DNA of 24,000 bases, taken from assembly GCF_000952155.1 (NCBI RefSeq), contig NZ_JYON01000006.1, forward strand, positions 2,833 through 26,832, written 5' to 3'. Below are positions 1 through 10,046 of the stretch, piece by piece (the stretch's first letter is position 1; each line of letters opens with the position of its first letter). The notes beneath the pieces are model-generated. The model worked only from the letters and a program-made list of their open reading frames with translations, was not told the origin of the DNA and did no database searches. A program made the translations under genes and the position numbers. Origin of the DNA: Aliterella atlantica CENA595 (GTDB taxonomy: Bacteria; Cyanobacteriota; Cyanobacteriia; Cyanobacteriales; Chroococcidiopsidaceae).

Positions 1-93
1 ATATTGGTGGCGCGATCGCCAAACTACAAAAATCTACCAAAGCTTTAAAAATAGAGAGCGGGAAATTATGTAAATTAACTATTACCAATATTT

Positions 94-1374
94 ATGCGAT
101 CGCCGAGCAAAATGCAACCAAGAAACTTTCCCGAACGAGTAATCTGGTATTCCATAGTTGGTACGTATGCTTTTTATTTAATTGGTGGCATATACATTAT
201 AATTCCTGCGATCGCCTGGGTATTATTTTTTTATTTTTGTAAAAAGCTTTGGCAGCAAAACGATACAACTCCTGCTAGCGAAAAAATTCATATTCCTGTA
301 ATGGTCTGGGTCTGGGTAGCAGGAATGTTACTAGAAGAACTAGCCCTAATTATGGGGCATATAGACTTCGACTTAGGACTTACAGCCCTAATTAAATCGT
401 CAATTGGTTGGGCAAAAGGTTGGGCATTTTTCGCCATATTTCCTTTAGTTAGCTGCTTGCAAATACGCCCCCAATTACTTTATCGCGCAGCTTGCATAGT
501 TTGCTTGCAGACATTAATATTTGCGCCCATATTTATCCTTGCATACTACATTCACTTACCCGAATTAGTCTACGTTTCGCCCTTAAAAATTGTTGGCGGA
601 CCAGGACCAGAATTTTTTGAATTTAGATTCTTTGAAATCGACCCAGACAACGGCGAACCTCGCTGGCGACTATTTACACCTTGGGCGCCAGCATTAGGAT
701 TTGTTGCCAACATCTACTTTGTTTTTTCTTTGTATGAAAAAGACAAAAAATGGAAGTGGTGCGGCATAATTGGCAGTATTTTAATGTGCTTAATTACAGC
801 ATCGCGATTGGGAATTTTATGTTTACCAGCAGTTTCAATTATTGCATGGGCATTATCTAGTCTAGCGCGACCGATATTTCTAATTTTTATCGGCTTGTTG
901 TCCTCATTAGCCGCAATTTTTGCCTCACCCGCAATTGAAGCCGCAACTACATTTTTAGACAAAGTTAAATCTTCCAGAGCAAGTTCCACAGAAGTAAGAG
1001 GAGCATTAGCAAGAATCGCTCTAAGTCGTTTTTCAGAAGCACCAATATGGGGACATGGCGCAGTAGAAAGGGGACCCCACCTAGTCCAATTTATGGTTAT
1101 TGGCTCTCATAGCACATTCTACGGCATCTTATTCATCAAAGGCATAGTTGGCTTCATCGGCTACGTAGTACCGCTATTATCAAGCTTCGTAAACCTACTT
1201 ATCAAAGCGCAGAAAAGTGAGACAGCAAAAGTAGGTTTCAGCATAGTATTACTCTTATTCTTCTACTCCTTCGCCGAAAACCTAGAAATGCTAGCTTACC
1301 TAATTTGGCCAGGTTTAGTAATGCTAGGAATAGCCTTCAAAGAAAAAAATTCCTCAATTCCACATCAACCCTAA
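94..1374 (+). CDS. Wzy-like O-antigen ligase/polymerase family integral membrane protein
   Basis: 426-aa ORF that is almost entirely hydrophobic helices. It has one larger hydrophilic loop (SSRASSTEVRGALARIALSRFSEAPIWGHGAVERGPH) of the type seen in O-antigen ligase/Wzy_C proteins. It lies directly upstream of a Wzx-like flippase and a GT2 gene. An alternative ATG is at 112. Confidence 0.65.
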   Translation: MRSPSKMQPRNFPERVIWYSIVGTYAFYLIGGIYIIIPAIAWVLFFYFCKKLWQQNDTTPASEKIHIPVMVWVWVAGMLLEELALIMGHIDFDLGLTALIKSSIGWAKGWAFFAIFPLVSCLQIRPQLLYRAACIVCLQTLIFAPIFILAYYIHLPELVYVSPLKIVGGPGPEFFEFRFFEIDPDNGEPRWRLFTPWAPALGFVANIYFVFSLYEKDKKWKWCGIIGSILMCLITASRLGILCLPAVSIIAWALSSLARPIFLIFIGLLSSLAAIFASPAIEAATTFLDKVKSSRASSTEVRGALARIALSRFSEAPIWGHGAVERGPHLVQFMVIGSHSTFYGILFIKGIVGFIGYVVPLLSSFVNLLIKAQKSETAKVGFSIVLLLFFYSFAENLEMLAYLIWPGLVMLGIAFKEKNSSIPHQP

Positions 1375-1424
1375 AAAAAGTCTCAACCAACTCTCCCCCT
1401 TTACTGTCTGCGTCCTCTGCGTAC

Positions 1425-1464
1425 GCCAGTCGCACAGGTGGGGGAACCCCCGCACGGCGCTGGC
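1425..1464. repeat. GC-rich imperfect palindrome in the wzy-wzx spacer, flanked by TCCTCTGC direct repeats
   Basis: GCCAGTCGCACAGGTGGGGG-AA-CCCCCGCACGGCGCTGGC folds as an imperfect hairpin. TCCTCTGC occurs on both sides (1412-1419 and 1465-1472). A T-run follows at 1478-1483. It may be a small dispersed repeat or an attenuator. Only one copy is present in this window. Confidence 0.35.
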
Positions 1465-1495
1465 TCCTCTGCAGTTCGTTTTTCCAAACACATTA

Positions 1496-2761
1496 ATGAG
1501 CAAAATTTCAGTCTTACTAGCTCCAGTCAAGCAAAAACTTTCCAGTCAATTTGTCCGTAACTTAGGTTGGCTAGGAGGTTCAGAAATAATTAACCGAGTT
1601 TTTCGGTTACTGACAACAGTTATTTTAGCTAGAAATCTCTCAGACTACGACTATGGATTGGCAGCGATTGTAATTACCACAGGAGAATTTGTAGAAGTAT
1701 TTTCGCGCAACGGTATAAACGCCAAACTAATCCAAGCAGAACAAGCAGAACTAGCAGTTTTATGCAACTCAGCTTACTGGCTCAACTGGGTAATTTACAG
1801 TAGCTTATTTATCCTCCAGTGTCTCATCGCCTTCCCTATTTCCTGGTTTTACAAAGACAGCCAATTAATCCTACCTATTTGTATTACAGCCCTACTGTAC
1901 TTAACATTTCCGCCAGCGATGATTCAATTTACCCTAATTCAAAGAGAAAATCGCTTTAAACTCATAGCCGCCAACAACTTTATTCAAATCACAGGTGGCA
2001 ACATCATCACGGCTAGTTTAGCGGCATTAGGTCTAGGTATGTGGGCGATTGTATTAACTAGACTCTTAATGGCTCCTTTTTGGGTTATCTTTAACCGCAT
2101 TTGTCATCCTTGGCGACCGAGTGCAAAATTTACAACCAAACATTGGGGAGAAATTTTTGCTTTTGGGCGTAATGTTTTAGGTAGCGAATTACTAAAAACT
2201 GCTGTAAATAACTTAGATTATTTAATAGTTGGTCGCTTATTAGGAATTAAAGTATTAGGGCTGTATTATTTTGCTTTCAACGCTGGGTTGGGTGTGAGTT
2301 TAAGTATTATCAACGCTATTAATACAGCAATATTGCCTCATTTGTGCGCGGTACGGGCGGAATGGACGCAATTTAAACAGCAGTATTTGAGCAGTCTAAA
2401 AACAATTGCCTGCGTCATCATTCCGATGGTAGTTTTGCAGTCAAGTTTAGCGCCTATTTACGTACCGATTGTATTTGGACAAAAATGGGTTGCCGCGCTG
2501 CCAGTCTTAATCTTAATTTGCTTATCAGCAATTCCTCGCCCCTTCGCCGATGCTGCTTCGCAACTACTTATCGCTATAGGTAAACCGCATCTAATCTTAC
2601 GCTGGCATTTGATATTTACAGGTATCTTTATTACTGGAATTTTAATTGGCGTGCAGTGGCAAGCTATTGGCGTAGCTACATCGGTTCTACTTACTCACTT
2701 TATTTTCCTGCCCTTATTTACATTGTGGGCAACGCGCTATGTATTTTCTAAAGCTGTTTAG
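1496..2761 (+). CDS. Wzx-like oligosaccharide/polysaccharide flippase (MOP superfamily)
   Basis: 421-aa polytopic membrane protein. The N-terminus (SSQFVRNLGWLGGSEIINRVFRLLTTVILARNLSDYDYGLAAIV) is typical of polysaccharide biosynthesis/flippase proteins. It sits between a Wzy-like gene and a GT2 gene. Confidence 0.75.
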   Translation: MSKISVLLAPVKQKLSSQFVRNLGWLGGSEIINRVFRLLTTVILARNLSDYDYGLAAIVITTGEFVEVFSRNGINAKLIQAEQAELAVLCNSAYWLNWVIYSSLFILQCLIAFPISWFYKDSQLILPICITALLYLTFPPAMIQFTLIQRENRFKLIAANNFIQITGGNIITASLAALGLGMWAIVLTRLLMAPFWVIFNRICHPWRPSAKFTTKHWGEIFAFGRNVLGSELLKTAVNNLDYLIVGRLLGIKVLGLYYFAFNAGLGVSLSIINAINTAILPHLCAVRAEWTQFKQQYLSSLKTIACVIIPMVVLQSSLAPIYVPIVFGQKWVAALPVLILICLSAIPRPFADAASQLLIAIGKPHLILRWHLIFTGIFITGILIGVQWQAIGVATSVLLTHFIFLPLFTLWATRYVFSKAV

Positions 2762-2796
2762 CGCGAATTACTCTTGTCGTTAACTTGGTAGCTGAG

Positions 2797-3816
2797 ATGC
2801 AAAAAGTATCTGTAATTATTCCCACCTACAAAGCCGAAAAATTTATAGAGGCGACACTGCGCTCTGTTTTGGCTCAAACTTACACCAATATTGAAATTAT
2901 TATCGTCGATGATGAATCGCCCGATCGCAGTATTGCCATTTGTCAGCAATTTACGGACCCTAGAATCAGCATCGTGCGCCAGAAAAATCGCGGACTGGCG
3001 GGCGCTAGAAACACAGGTATTCGTCACGCTCAAGGAGACTATCTAGCTTTTATCGATGCTGACGATATTTGGTTGCCAGAAAAGCTAGCCAAGCACGTAC
3101 AGCATCTCCAAAGTTCGCCTCATGTCGGCGTTAGTTATTGCTGTTCTGCCTTTATTGACGAAACTGGGCAGCCTTTAGGTATCTATCAAATCCCTCAATA
3201 TAAAGATATTACCCCGCCGATCGTGCTGTGTCGCAATCCAATTGGCAACGGTTCTGTAGGTGTATTTCGTAAAGAAGTTTTTGCGGCGATTAAGTTTGAA
3301 GACAACTTATATGGCACAGTTGAAGATTTTTACTTTGACGAGCATTTCCGCCAGTCCGAAGATATGGAATGTTGGATGCGGATTATTTTGCAAACATCTT
3401 GGCAAATGGAAGGTATTCCCGAAGCTTTGACGCTGTATCGAGTTAATACTTCAGGGCTTTCGGCTAACGTGCTAACACAGCTAGAGTTTCTGGAAAAGGT
3501 AATTGAAAAAACCCGTACTTACGCCCCCCAGTTTGCTGCCAAGTGGAAAAACCCAGCAATGGCTTATTATCTACGCTACTCAGCGCGGCGGGCAATTCGG
3601 ATGCAAGATGGTACAACTGCTGTGCAACTAGCGCATCGAGCTTTAGCAACTCACTGGCGGATTATTTTAGAAGAACCGCGTCGTACCATATTAACTTTGG
3701 CTGCGGCTTATTCGATTTGGCTGCTACCTCAGTCTTTTTACAACCATATAGAGAATCTAGCTTTGAAAATAACTGGAGCTAATCAAAAACGGCGGATGCA
3801 GCAACTTAAATCTTAA
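2797..3816 (+). CDS. Family 2 glycosyltransferase (GT-A fold)
   Basis: The N-terminus VSVIIPTYKAEKFIEATLRSVLAQTYTNIEIIIVDDESPDRS and the later FIDADD motif are the GT2 signature. The ORF track starts at TTG 2785. ATG 2797 (MQKVSVII...) is the more likely start. Confidence 0.9.
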   Translation: MQKVSVIIPTYKAEKFIEATLRSVLAQTYTNIEIIIVDDESPDRSIAICQQFTDPRISIVRQKNRGLAGARNTGIRHAQGDYLAFIDADDIWLPEKLAKHVQHLQSSPHVGVSYCCSAFIDETGQPLGIYQIPQYKDITPPIVLCRNPIGNGSVGVFRKEVFAAIKFEDNLYGTVEDFYFDEHFRQSEDMECWMRIILQTSWQMEGIPEALTLYRVNTSGLSANVLTQLEFLEKVIEKTRTYAPQFAAKWKNPAMAYYLRYSARRAIRMQDGTTAVQLAHRALATHWRIILEEPRRTILTLAAAYSIWLLPQSFYNHIENLALKITGANQKRRMQQLKS

Positions 3817-4135
3817 CTTAGGTGCAATCCACGATGCATACTATCATTACACTATCCCAAAACGTCAGAATTTTTTAATATTCTCAGTAGTTGTACGTTA
3901 ATGCGAATAATTACTGACAGTATTTTCCCATTGAATTGAGGTAAAAACCTAGCACAAAAAGCTAAATGATCGGTAAAAATTCAATTGTTTAAAGATATTA
4001 CGCTCAGTTAAATTTGTTTTGTAAAGTTGTTGTGTAGGTTAAATAAAGTAGTTATTCACAATCCAGAAAATACTTATTTGTTAAGCATCAACTTATACAG
4101 TGTTTGTTAAACGTAAAATTTAGCTAGTTATTAAT

Positions 4136-6265
4136 ATGATTAATTCTCGTTTTTGGCAATCAATCAAACAAGTAACCTGTCTAGCTGCTGTAGGGCTAGC
4201 GTTAACAGCAAGCACATCGCCGTTGAAATGTGCGGCTGTCACTCCGAGCGCAGCATACGAATGGAACAACGTCGCCATCGGTGGTGGGGGGTACGTAACA
4301 GGTGTATATTTACACCCATTACAAAAAGACCTTGCTTATATAAGAACTGATATCGGCGGATTTTTTCGTTGGGATGCTATTAATAAAAAGTGGATTCCTT
4401 TAAGCGATCGCAAATCATTAAAAGAGAGTAATTTCTATGGTGGAGAAGCCTTAGCGATTGACCCTAAAGATGCAAACGTTGTATATATTGCCGCTGGCAA
4501 ATATACCGCTAGTTGGAGTGGATTGGGGACAATATTTAAATCTAGCGATCGCGGACAAACTTGGACTAAATTAAATATAGACTTGCCTATGGGTGGCAAC
4601 GAAGACAAACGCTGGGTAGGAGAAAGACTAATCGTTAGTCCGCATAATTCTCAAGTTATTTATTTTGGTTCGCGCGTCAGCGGACTGTGGAAATCGACAG
4701 ATGCAGGCAGCACTTGGAAGCAAGTAACGTCCTTTCCCGTTAAGCCCAGCAACAATATTGGGATTACATCGATAAACTTCGACAAAACATCAGGAAACGT
4801 TTACGCCAACGCTTACGGCAGCGGCATTTACAAATCTACAGATTCAGGCGCTACTTGGAGCAAAATATCAGGTAGCCCAGCAGAAGTCAATCGTTCGGCA
4901 ATTGCTAGCGATGGGACGATGTACGTCACCCATACAGGCGGAGTGAGCAAATACAAAAATAACGTTTGGAAAACTATTACACCACCCACCGCCAAAGCCA
5001 AATTCAACGGTTTAACAATCGACCCCAATGACCCAGCACATATCCTGATAGTTTACGACCAGTACGACAAACACGACGACCCCAATAGAATATTTCAATC
5101 TACTGATGGTGGCACGACTTGGCAACAAAAGAAGCCAAGTTTGAACAATCAAATTGCTTGGTGGCGTGATTGGTATTTTGGTTCCTCCGCAGCATCCATC
5201 GCTTTCGACCCCAAAATTCCTGGCAAAGTTTGGTTAACAGACTGGTACGGCGTATGGCAAACAGATAAAATTAGCGCCAATCCCACCGTCTGGGCTAACT
5301 ACGCCAAAGGACACGAGCAAATAGTTGCTTTTTCTCTAGCTGCACCTCCTCAAGGCTCTTTACTTGTTAGTGGCGTAGCAGATGTAGACGGTTTCAATCA
5401 CAATAACGGACTTGATGCTATCCCAACTAAAGACTTTACTCGCACTGGTGCGTGGTTCCAAGATACCTACAGCATCGCCTACAGCGAAAGCAATCCCTTA
5501 CAAATGGTACGTGTAGGCGGTCATAGATGGAGCAACAGCTATACTGGAGCAACTTCTACAGATGGCGGACAAACATGGAAACAGTTCCCCTCATTTCCCG
5601 CCAATCAAATGCCTCTGCGCGTAGCTATGTCTGCAAATAACGCCAGCCAACTTGTTGTTACTCTCAGCAACGGACTGCCTATTCGCAGCACTAATGGCGG
5701 AACATCTTGGAGTTCTGTATCGGGATTGCCAAAAGGACCTGGAGGCGCTTGGTATTGGGGTCAACCACTAGCCGCAGACAAAGTTACAGGAGGTACGTTC
5801 TACTACTACGGCGATGGCAAAGTGTATCGCAGTACAGATGGCGGTGCTAATTTTAAAGTGGTTAACTCTACACTCAGTAGCGAAAGTTGGGCAATGCTGA
5901 AAACAAAGCCAGGAACCAAAGGCGATGTCTGGCTGAGTTTAGATTGGAAGGGGCTACATCGTTCGCAAGATAGCGGTACGACGTTTACCAAAATTCCCAA
6001 CGTAGAACGAGCTTATTTATTTTCTTTTGGTAAGCCAGCCGAAGGTAGCAATGTTCCCGCCTTGTACGTTTACGGCAATGTTACAGGTATGGGTGAAGGT
6101 ATCTTTCGTTCTTTAGATAACGGTAAGACATGGGCGAGCATTGGGGACGTGCAAAAGCCAATCGGCAATCTTCCCAATGTTATGGAAGCTAGCCGACAGA
6201 AATTTGGCTTAGTATTTATTGGCACTAATGGTAGGGGTGTATATTATGGCACACCGCAAAACTAA
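4136..6265 (+). CDS. Secreted BNR/Asp-box repeat beta-propeller protein, GH74-like (putative polysaccharide hydrolase)
   Basis: Signal-peptide-like N-terminus (VTCLAAVGLALTASTSPLKCAA). A GH74-like opening motif follows (WNNVAIGGGGYVTGVYLHP...YIRTDIGGFFRWD). There are nine S-x-D-x-G-x-T-W/F Asp-boxes: SSDRGQTW, STDAGSTW, STDSGATW, STDGGTTW, STDGGQTW, STNGGTSW, STDGGANF, SQDSGTTF and SLDNGKTW. Confidence 0.8.
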   Translation: MINSRFWQSIKQVTCLAAVGLALTASTSPLKCAAVTPSAAYEWNNVAIGGGGYVTGVYLHPLQKDLAYIRTDIGGFFRWDAINKKWIPLSDRKSLKESNFYGGEALAIDPKDANVVYIAAGKYTASWSGLGTIFKSSDRGQTWTKLNIDLPMGGNEDKRWVGERLIVSPHNSQVIYFGSRVSGLWKSTDAGSTWKQVTSFPVKPSNNIGITSINFDKTSGNVYANAYGSGIYKSTDSGATWSKISGSPAEVNRSAIASDGTMYVTHTGGVSKYKNNVWKTITPPTAKAKFNGLTIDPNDPAHILIVYDQYDKHDDPNRIFQSTDGGTTWQQKKPSLNNQIAWWRDWYFGSSAASIAFDPKIPGKVWLTDWYGVWQTDKISANPTVWANYAKGHEQIVAFSLAAPPQGSLLVSGVADVDGFNHNNGLDAIPTKDFTRTGAWFQDTYSIAYSESNPLQMVRVGGHRWSNSYTGATSTDGGQTWKQFPSFPANQMPLRVAMSANNASQLVVTLSNGLPIRSTNGGTSWSSVSGLPKGPGGAWYWGQPLAADKVTGGTFYYYGDGKVYRSTDGGANFKVVNSTLSSESWAMLKTKPGTKGDVWLSLDWKGLHRSQDSGTTFTKIPNVERAYLFSFGKPAEGSNVPALYVYGNVTGMGEGIFRSLDNGKTWASIGDVQKPIGNLPNVMEASRQKFGLVFIGTNGRGVYYGTPQN

Positions 6266-6294
6266 CAGGCTGTTTGTAGTAACAGCTTAACAGT

Positions 6295-7131
6295 CTAAAT
6301 TTTTACTTTATTACGCGGCGTACGAGCTTGAGGAATTAAATAGTTTTTCGTTCGATTTCCTAAATCGTATCCTTCCTCATGTATCGGCGCTTTATACAGG
6401 TTTAGTTTTTGCTGAATTATTAACCACAAAAAGGGTAAATCGTCTACTAAATATCTTTTCCATAACCTTTTTGGTTCTAACATCATTCTGTACAACCATT
6501 CTAAACCTGCATTACTCATCCATTTAGGACTTCTCTTGACTTTCCCTGCTTCAAAGTCAATTGTTGCACCAATAGCGAAAAATATTTGGATACTAGGTAA
6601 TTTATCTTTGTACTTACATATCCATTTTTCTTGCTTGGGCGAACCTACTCCCACAGCTAATACTGTTGCACCAGATCTATTGATTTTTTCAATTATGCGA
6701 TCGCATTCCTGTATATTATTCTCAAATCCATAAGATGGAGAATGAGCGCCGACAATAATATTTCTCCCCACTTTATTGTTGATTTGTTCTTGAGCGAGCT
6801 TGGCAACCCCAGCACCCGCTCCTAGTAAGAAGATTTTTACTTCACTATCTGCTTTATGGTAGTGACAAAAAGCTGGAAATAGGTCTGAGCCTGATATTTT
6901 TTCCTTGATTGGCGTACCTAAAAATTTAGATGCATAGTATAATATCTTGCTATCGCATAATTTGTAATCAGCACTACCATATACTCGCAAAAAGTCTTTA
7001 TCTGTCTGCAATCTTACTAAGTGATCTACGTTAGCGGTAAATACAACACCATTTGTTAGTTGCTCTAATACATCTGTTAGTTGTAAGCTGTCAATAGAAA
7101 TGTTTAATACATTAACTTTTTCCGCACTCAT
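6295..7131 (-). CDS. WecB/TagA/CpsF-family (GT26) glycosyltransferase
   Basis: 278-aa ORF. Family-typical blocks are FLLGAGAGVA...AHSPSYGF, GVGSPKQEKWI, and FAIGATIDFEAGKVKRSPKWMSNAGLEWLYRMMLEPKRLWKRYL. Confidence 0.85.
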   Translation of the reverse strand: MSAEKVNVLNISIDSLQLTDVLEQLTNGVVFTANVDHLVRLQTDKDFLRVYGSADYKLCDSKILYYASKFLGTPIKEKISGSDLFPAFCHYHKADSEVKIFLLGAGAGVAKLAQEQINNKVGRNIIVGAHSPSYGFENNIQECDRIIEKINRSGATVLAVGVGSPKQEKWICKYKDKLPSIQIFFAIGATIDFEAGKVKRSPKWMSNAGLEWLYRMMLEPKRLWKRYLVDDLPFLWLIIQQKLNLYKAPIHEEGYDLGNRTKNYLIPQARTPRNKVKI

Positions 7132-7897
7132 CTGCTTGGTGTAATTTCCTTTATTTCAAAAAACGTACCTTCAAGCTAGAAGAAAGTAAGATGCTCCCTA
7201 GCCCAACTGACATTCAATAAGATTTAGAAAATCTAACTTAAAACTAGACCTATTCTACCTAATGTATAGATTATGCGATCGCCTGTGAATATAGGGCATC
7301 TATCAGTAGAATTAGGTTTTTTCATTAATGCATACTGTTAGTTTGACGACTATTACTACAAAGTTATTGAGCTAGTTCTAATTAGATAAATACATTGCAA
7401 TTAGAATACTATAGATCGCGGTAATAACGCAAAGAAAGATTTGCTATTTCCCTAGCTTACAGAAGTTTTACTCTGATAACAGGTAGCAATTGTTGCTTAA
7501 TTAACTAAGTACAAAAGTTTCTAACTTGTCAAAATAAGGTGAGATATGGATGTGGTAGAGCGTAGCGTTATACCAGGTACTTGCTACTTCTATGCGTATA
7601 AATACTCTATACTTTAACCTAAAATATTAATTACTCAATATATTTAACGTTGTATGCATTAAACGGACAATAACGAAGCAGTAGAAGTAAAATAACATAC
7701 AAACCTTTGCAGAAAAAGATCCGTACTTATTACAGGTGTATTTAGTAAACCTCGTTATTATAGTATGTGGCAAGTTCATCTTTGCCATTCGCTCTCAATA
7801 ACTTAATAGCCAGCAAAAAATATAAGTAGAGGAAAGCGATCGCACCCTTATCAGCGATTAGAATCAAAATGAGGAAAATTTCATTGCATTCACAACC

Positions 7898-9856
7898 ATG
7901 CTGGAACAAGGCACGATCAGTATCCATACTGAAAATATCTTCCCAATCATCAAGAAGTCTCTCTACTCAGACCACGAAATTTTCTTACGAGAACTGGTTT
8001 CCAACGCCGTAGATGCCATCGAAAAAGTAAAAATGGTATCCCGCGCCGGAGAATACAACAGCGAGATAGGAGAGCCAGAAATTGCGATAACCGTAGATAA
8101 AGAACAAAAAACGCTAGCGATCGCAGATAATGGCATCGGGATGACAGCCGAAGAGGTGAAAAAGTACATCAACCAAGTAGCCTTTTCCAGTGCTGAAGAA
8201 TTCGTGAAAAAGTACGAAGGCAAATCAGATAGAGCAATTATCGGTCACTTTGGGCTAGGATTCTACTCATCCTTCATGGTGGCACAACAAGTCGAAATCG
8301 ATACCCTATCATACAAAGAAGGCTCTTCAGCAGTGCGCTGGACTTGTGACGGTTCGCCAGAATTTCGTTTAGAAGATTCATCTCGTACCCAGCGCGGTAC
8401 GACAATTACGCTAACGCTACAAGAAGAAGAACTAGAATACCTAGAACCAGCACGCATCCGCCAGTTAATCAAAACCTACTGCGACTTTCTCCCCGTACCA
8501 ATCAAACTCGAAGGCGAGGTTATTAACCGCCAAAAAGCACCTTGGCGCGAATCTCCTAGTAGCCTGACAAAAGAAGATTACTTAGAGTTTTACCGCTACC
8601 TGTATCCATTCCAAGATGAACCTTTGTTGTGGGTACACCTAAATACTGACTATCCCTTTATCCTCAACGGTATCCTTTACTTTCCCAAATTAGTACCGGA
8701 TGTAGACGTTACCAAAGGACAAATCAAACTATTTTGCAACCAAGTATTTGTCAGCGAACATTGTGAAGAAATTATCCCCAAATTTCTCCTACCAATGCGG
8801 GGAGTAATTGACAGTACCGATATTCCGCTCAACGTATCGCGTAGCGCTCTGCAAACCGATCGCACAGTCCGTAAAATAGCTGATTATATTGCCCGAAAAG
8901 TAGGCGATAGGCTCAAAGAACTCTACCGTGACAATCGCCAAGAATACATTAGTAGCTGGCAAGATATCGGCACATTCGTCAAATTCGGCGCTCTCAACGA
9001 CGAAAAGTTCAAAAAACAAATTGAAGACATCATTATCTATCGCACCACTTACGAGGCGAAAACAGAGACTCCAGCAGTTGAAGTTCAATCGCAAGAGGGC
9101 GATGCATGGCAAGATGTTTCTGCTGCGCCTAGCCTTCCCTACACCACAATTAAGGAATACTTAGAGCGCAACAAAGAGCGTCACGAAAACCGAGTATTCT
9201 ACTGTACCAATGAAGCGACTCAAGCAACCTACATCGAACTGCACAAGCAGCAGGGTTTAGAAGTCCTATTTATGGACTCATTTATCGATACTCACTTTAT
9301 CTCCTTTTTGGAGCAAGAATACGCCAACGTCAAATTCTCCCGCGTCGATTCCGAATTGGATGAAAGTCTTTTAGAAAAAGATAAAGCAGGGGAAATAGTC
9401 GATCCGAAAACAAATAAAACTCGCAGCGAACTAATTAAGGAGTTATTCGAGCAAGCTATCAACAAACCCAAAGTCAACATCCGCACCGAAGCACTAAAAT
9501 CTGATAATCCTCAAGGTTCGCCACCTGCGATCGTATTATTACCAGAATTTCTGCGCCGGATGCGCGATATGAGCGCGATGATGCAGCAGCAAACAGCGCA
9601 GTTTCCAGAGGAGCATATTTTGCTTGTCAATACGACTCACCCCTTGATTCAAAACTTAGTCAGTTTAAGCGAAGGTGGGATATTGCAAGGCGATAGCAAG
9701 TCGCCATCAGCAGAACTTGCAAACCTAATTTGCCATCACGTCTACGATTTGGCACTAATGGCACAAAAAGGCTTTGATGCGGAAGGAATGACAGCCTTTG
9801 TCGAACGCTCGAACCAAGTGCTGACAAGGCTTACCGAACGCGCTGCAAGTAGCTAG
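7898..9856 (+). CDS. htpG: Molecular chaperone HtpG (Hsp90)
   Basis: 652-aa ORF. GHKL ATPase N-terminal motifs are IFLRELVSNAVDAIEK, DNGIGMT and GHFGLGFYS. Hsp90 middle and C-terminal blocks include LNVSRSALQ. Confidence 0.97.
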   Translation: MLEQGTISIHTENIFPIIKKSLYSDHEIFLRELVSNAVDAIEKVKMVSRAGEYNSEIGEPEIAITVDKEQKTLAIADNGIGMTAEEVKKYINQVAFSSAEEFVKKYEGKSDRAIIGHFGLGFYSSFMVAQQVEIDTLSYKEGSSAVRWTCDGSPEFRLEDSSRTQRGTTITLTLQEEELEYLEPARIRQLIKTYCDFLPVPIKLEGEVINRQKAPWRESPSSLTKEDYLEFYRYLYPFQDEPLLWVHLNTDYPFILNGILYFPKLVPDVDVTKGQIKLFCNQVFVSEHCEEIIPKFLLPMRGVIDSTDIPLNVSRSALQTDRTVRKIADYIARKVGDRLKELYRDNRQEYISSWQDIGTFVKFGALNDEKFKKQIEDIIIYRTTYEAKTETPAVEVQSQEGDAWQDVSAAPSLPYTTIKEYLERNKERHENRVFYCTNEATQATYIELHKQQGLEVLFMDSFIDTHFISFLEQEYANVKFSRVDSELDESLLEKDKAGEIVDPKTNKTRSELIKELFEQAINKPKVNIRTEALKSDNPQGSPPAIVLLPEFLRRMRDMSAMMQQQTAQFPEEHILLVNTTHPLIQNLVSLSEGGILQGDSKSPSAELANLICHHVYDLALMAQKGFDAEGMTAFVERSNQVLTRLTERAASS

Positions 9857-9865
9857 ATAAAGATG

Positions 9866-9905
9866 AGCGATCGCACATCTATAATAAATATGCGATCGCT
9901 CTTTT
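9866..9905 (+). terminator. Rho-independent terminator of htpG built from an inverted pair of HIP1 sites
   Basis: GAGCGATCGCA (9866-9876) and TGCGATCGCTC (9891-9901) form a perfect 11-bp stem with a 14-nt AT-rich loop. TTTT follows directly. The structure begins 10 nt after the htpG stop codon. Confidence 0.6.
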
Positions 9906-10046
9906 AAATTAGCAATCCAACTCCTTGTCTCCTTGTCTCCCCATCCCCCCACATCACAGAAATTATCCAAGAGTTCTACTCACCCGCTTTCTCCTAAGTA
10001 CCGATACAATATAAGACTGCACATTAGTTAAAAATACAGGTAAGAT

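Noticed and set aside
7132-7897. Unusually long (766 bp) AT-rich divergent intergenic region between the GT26 gene and htpG. I examined it for a CIRCE-type heat-shock operator, an RNA gene or a small ORF.
   Set aside because: I found no CIRCE-like inverted repeat (TTAGCACTC-N9-GAGTGCTAA), no tRNA-like structure and no convincing ORF. The 61-aa minus-strand ORF at 7742-7927 overlaps the htpG start and looks spurious. The region may hold promoters or an sRNA, but nothing can be supported from sequence alone.
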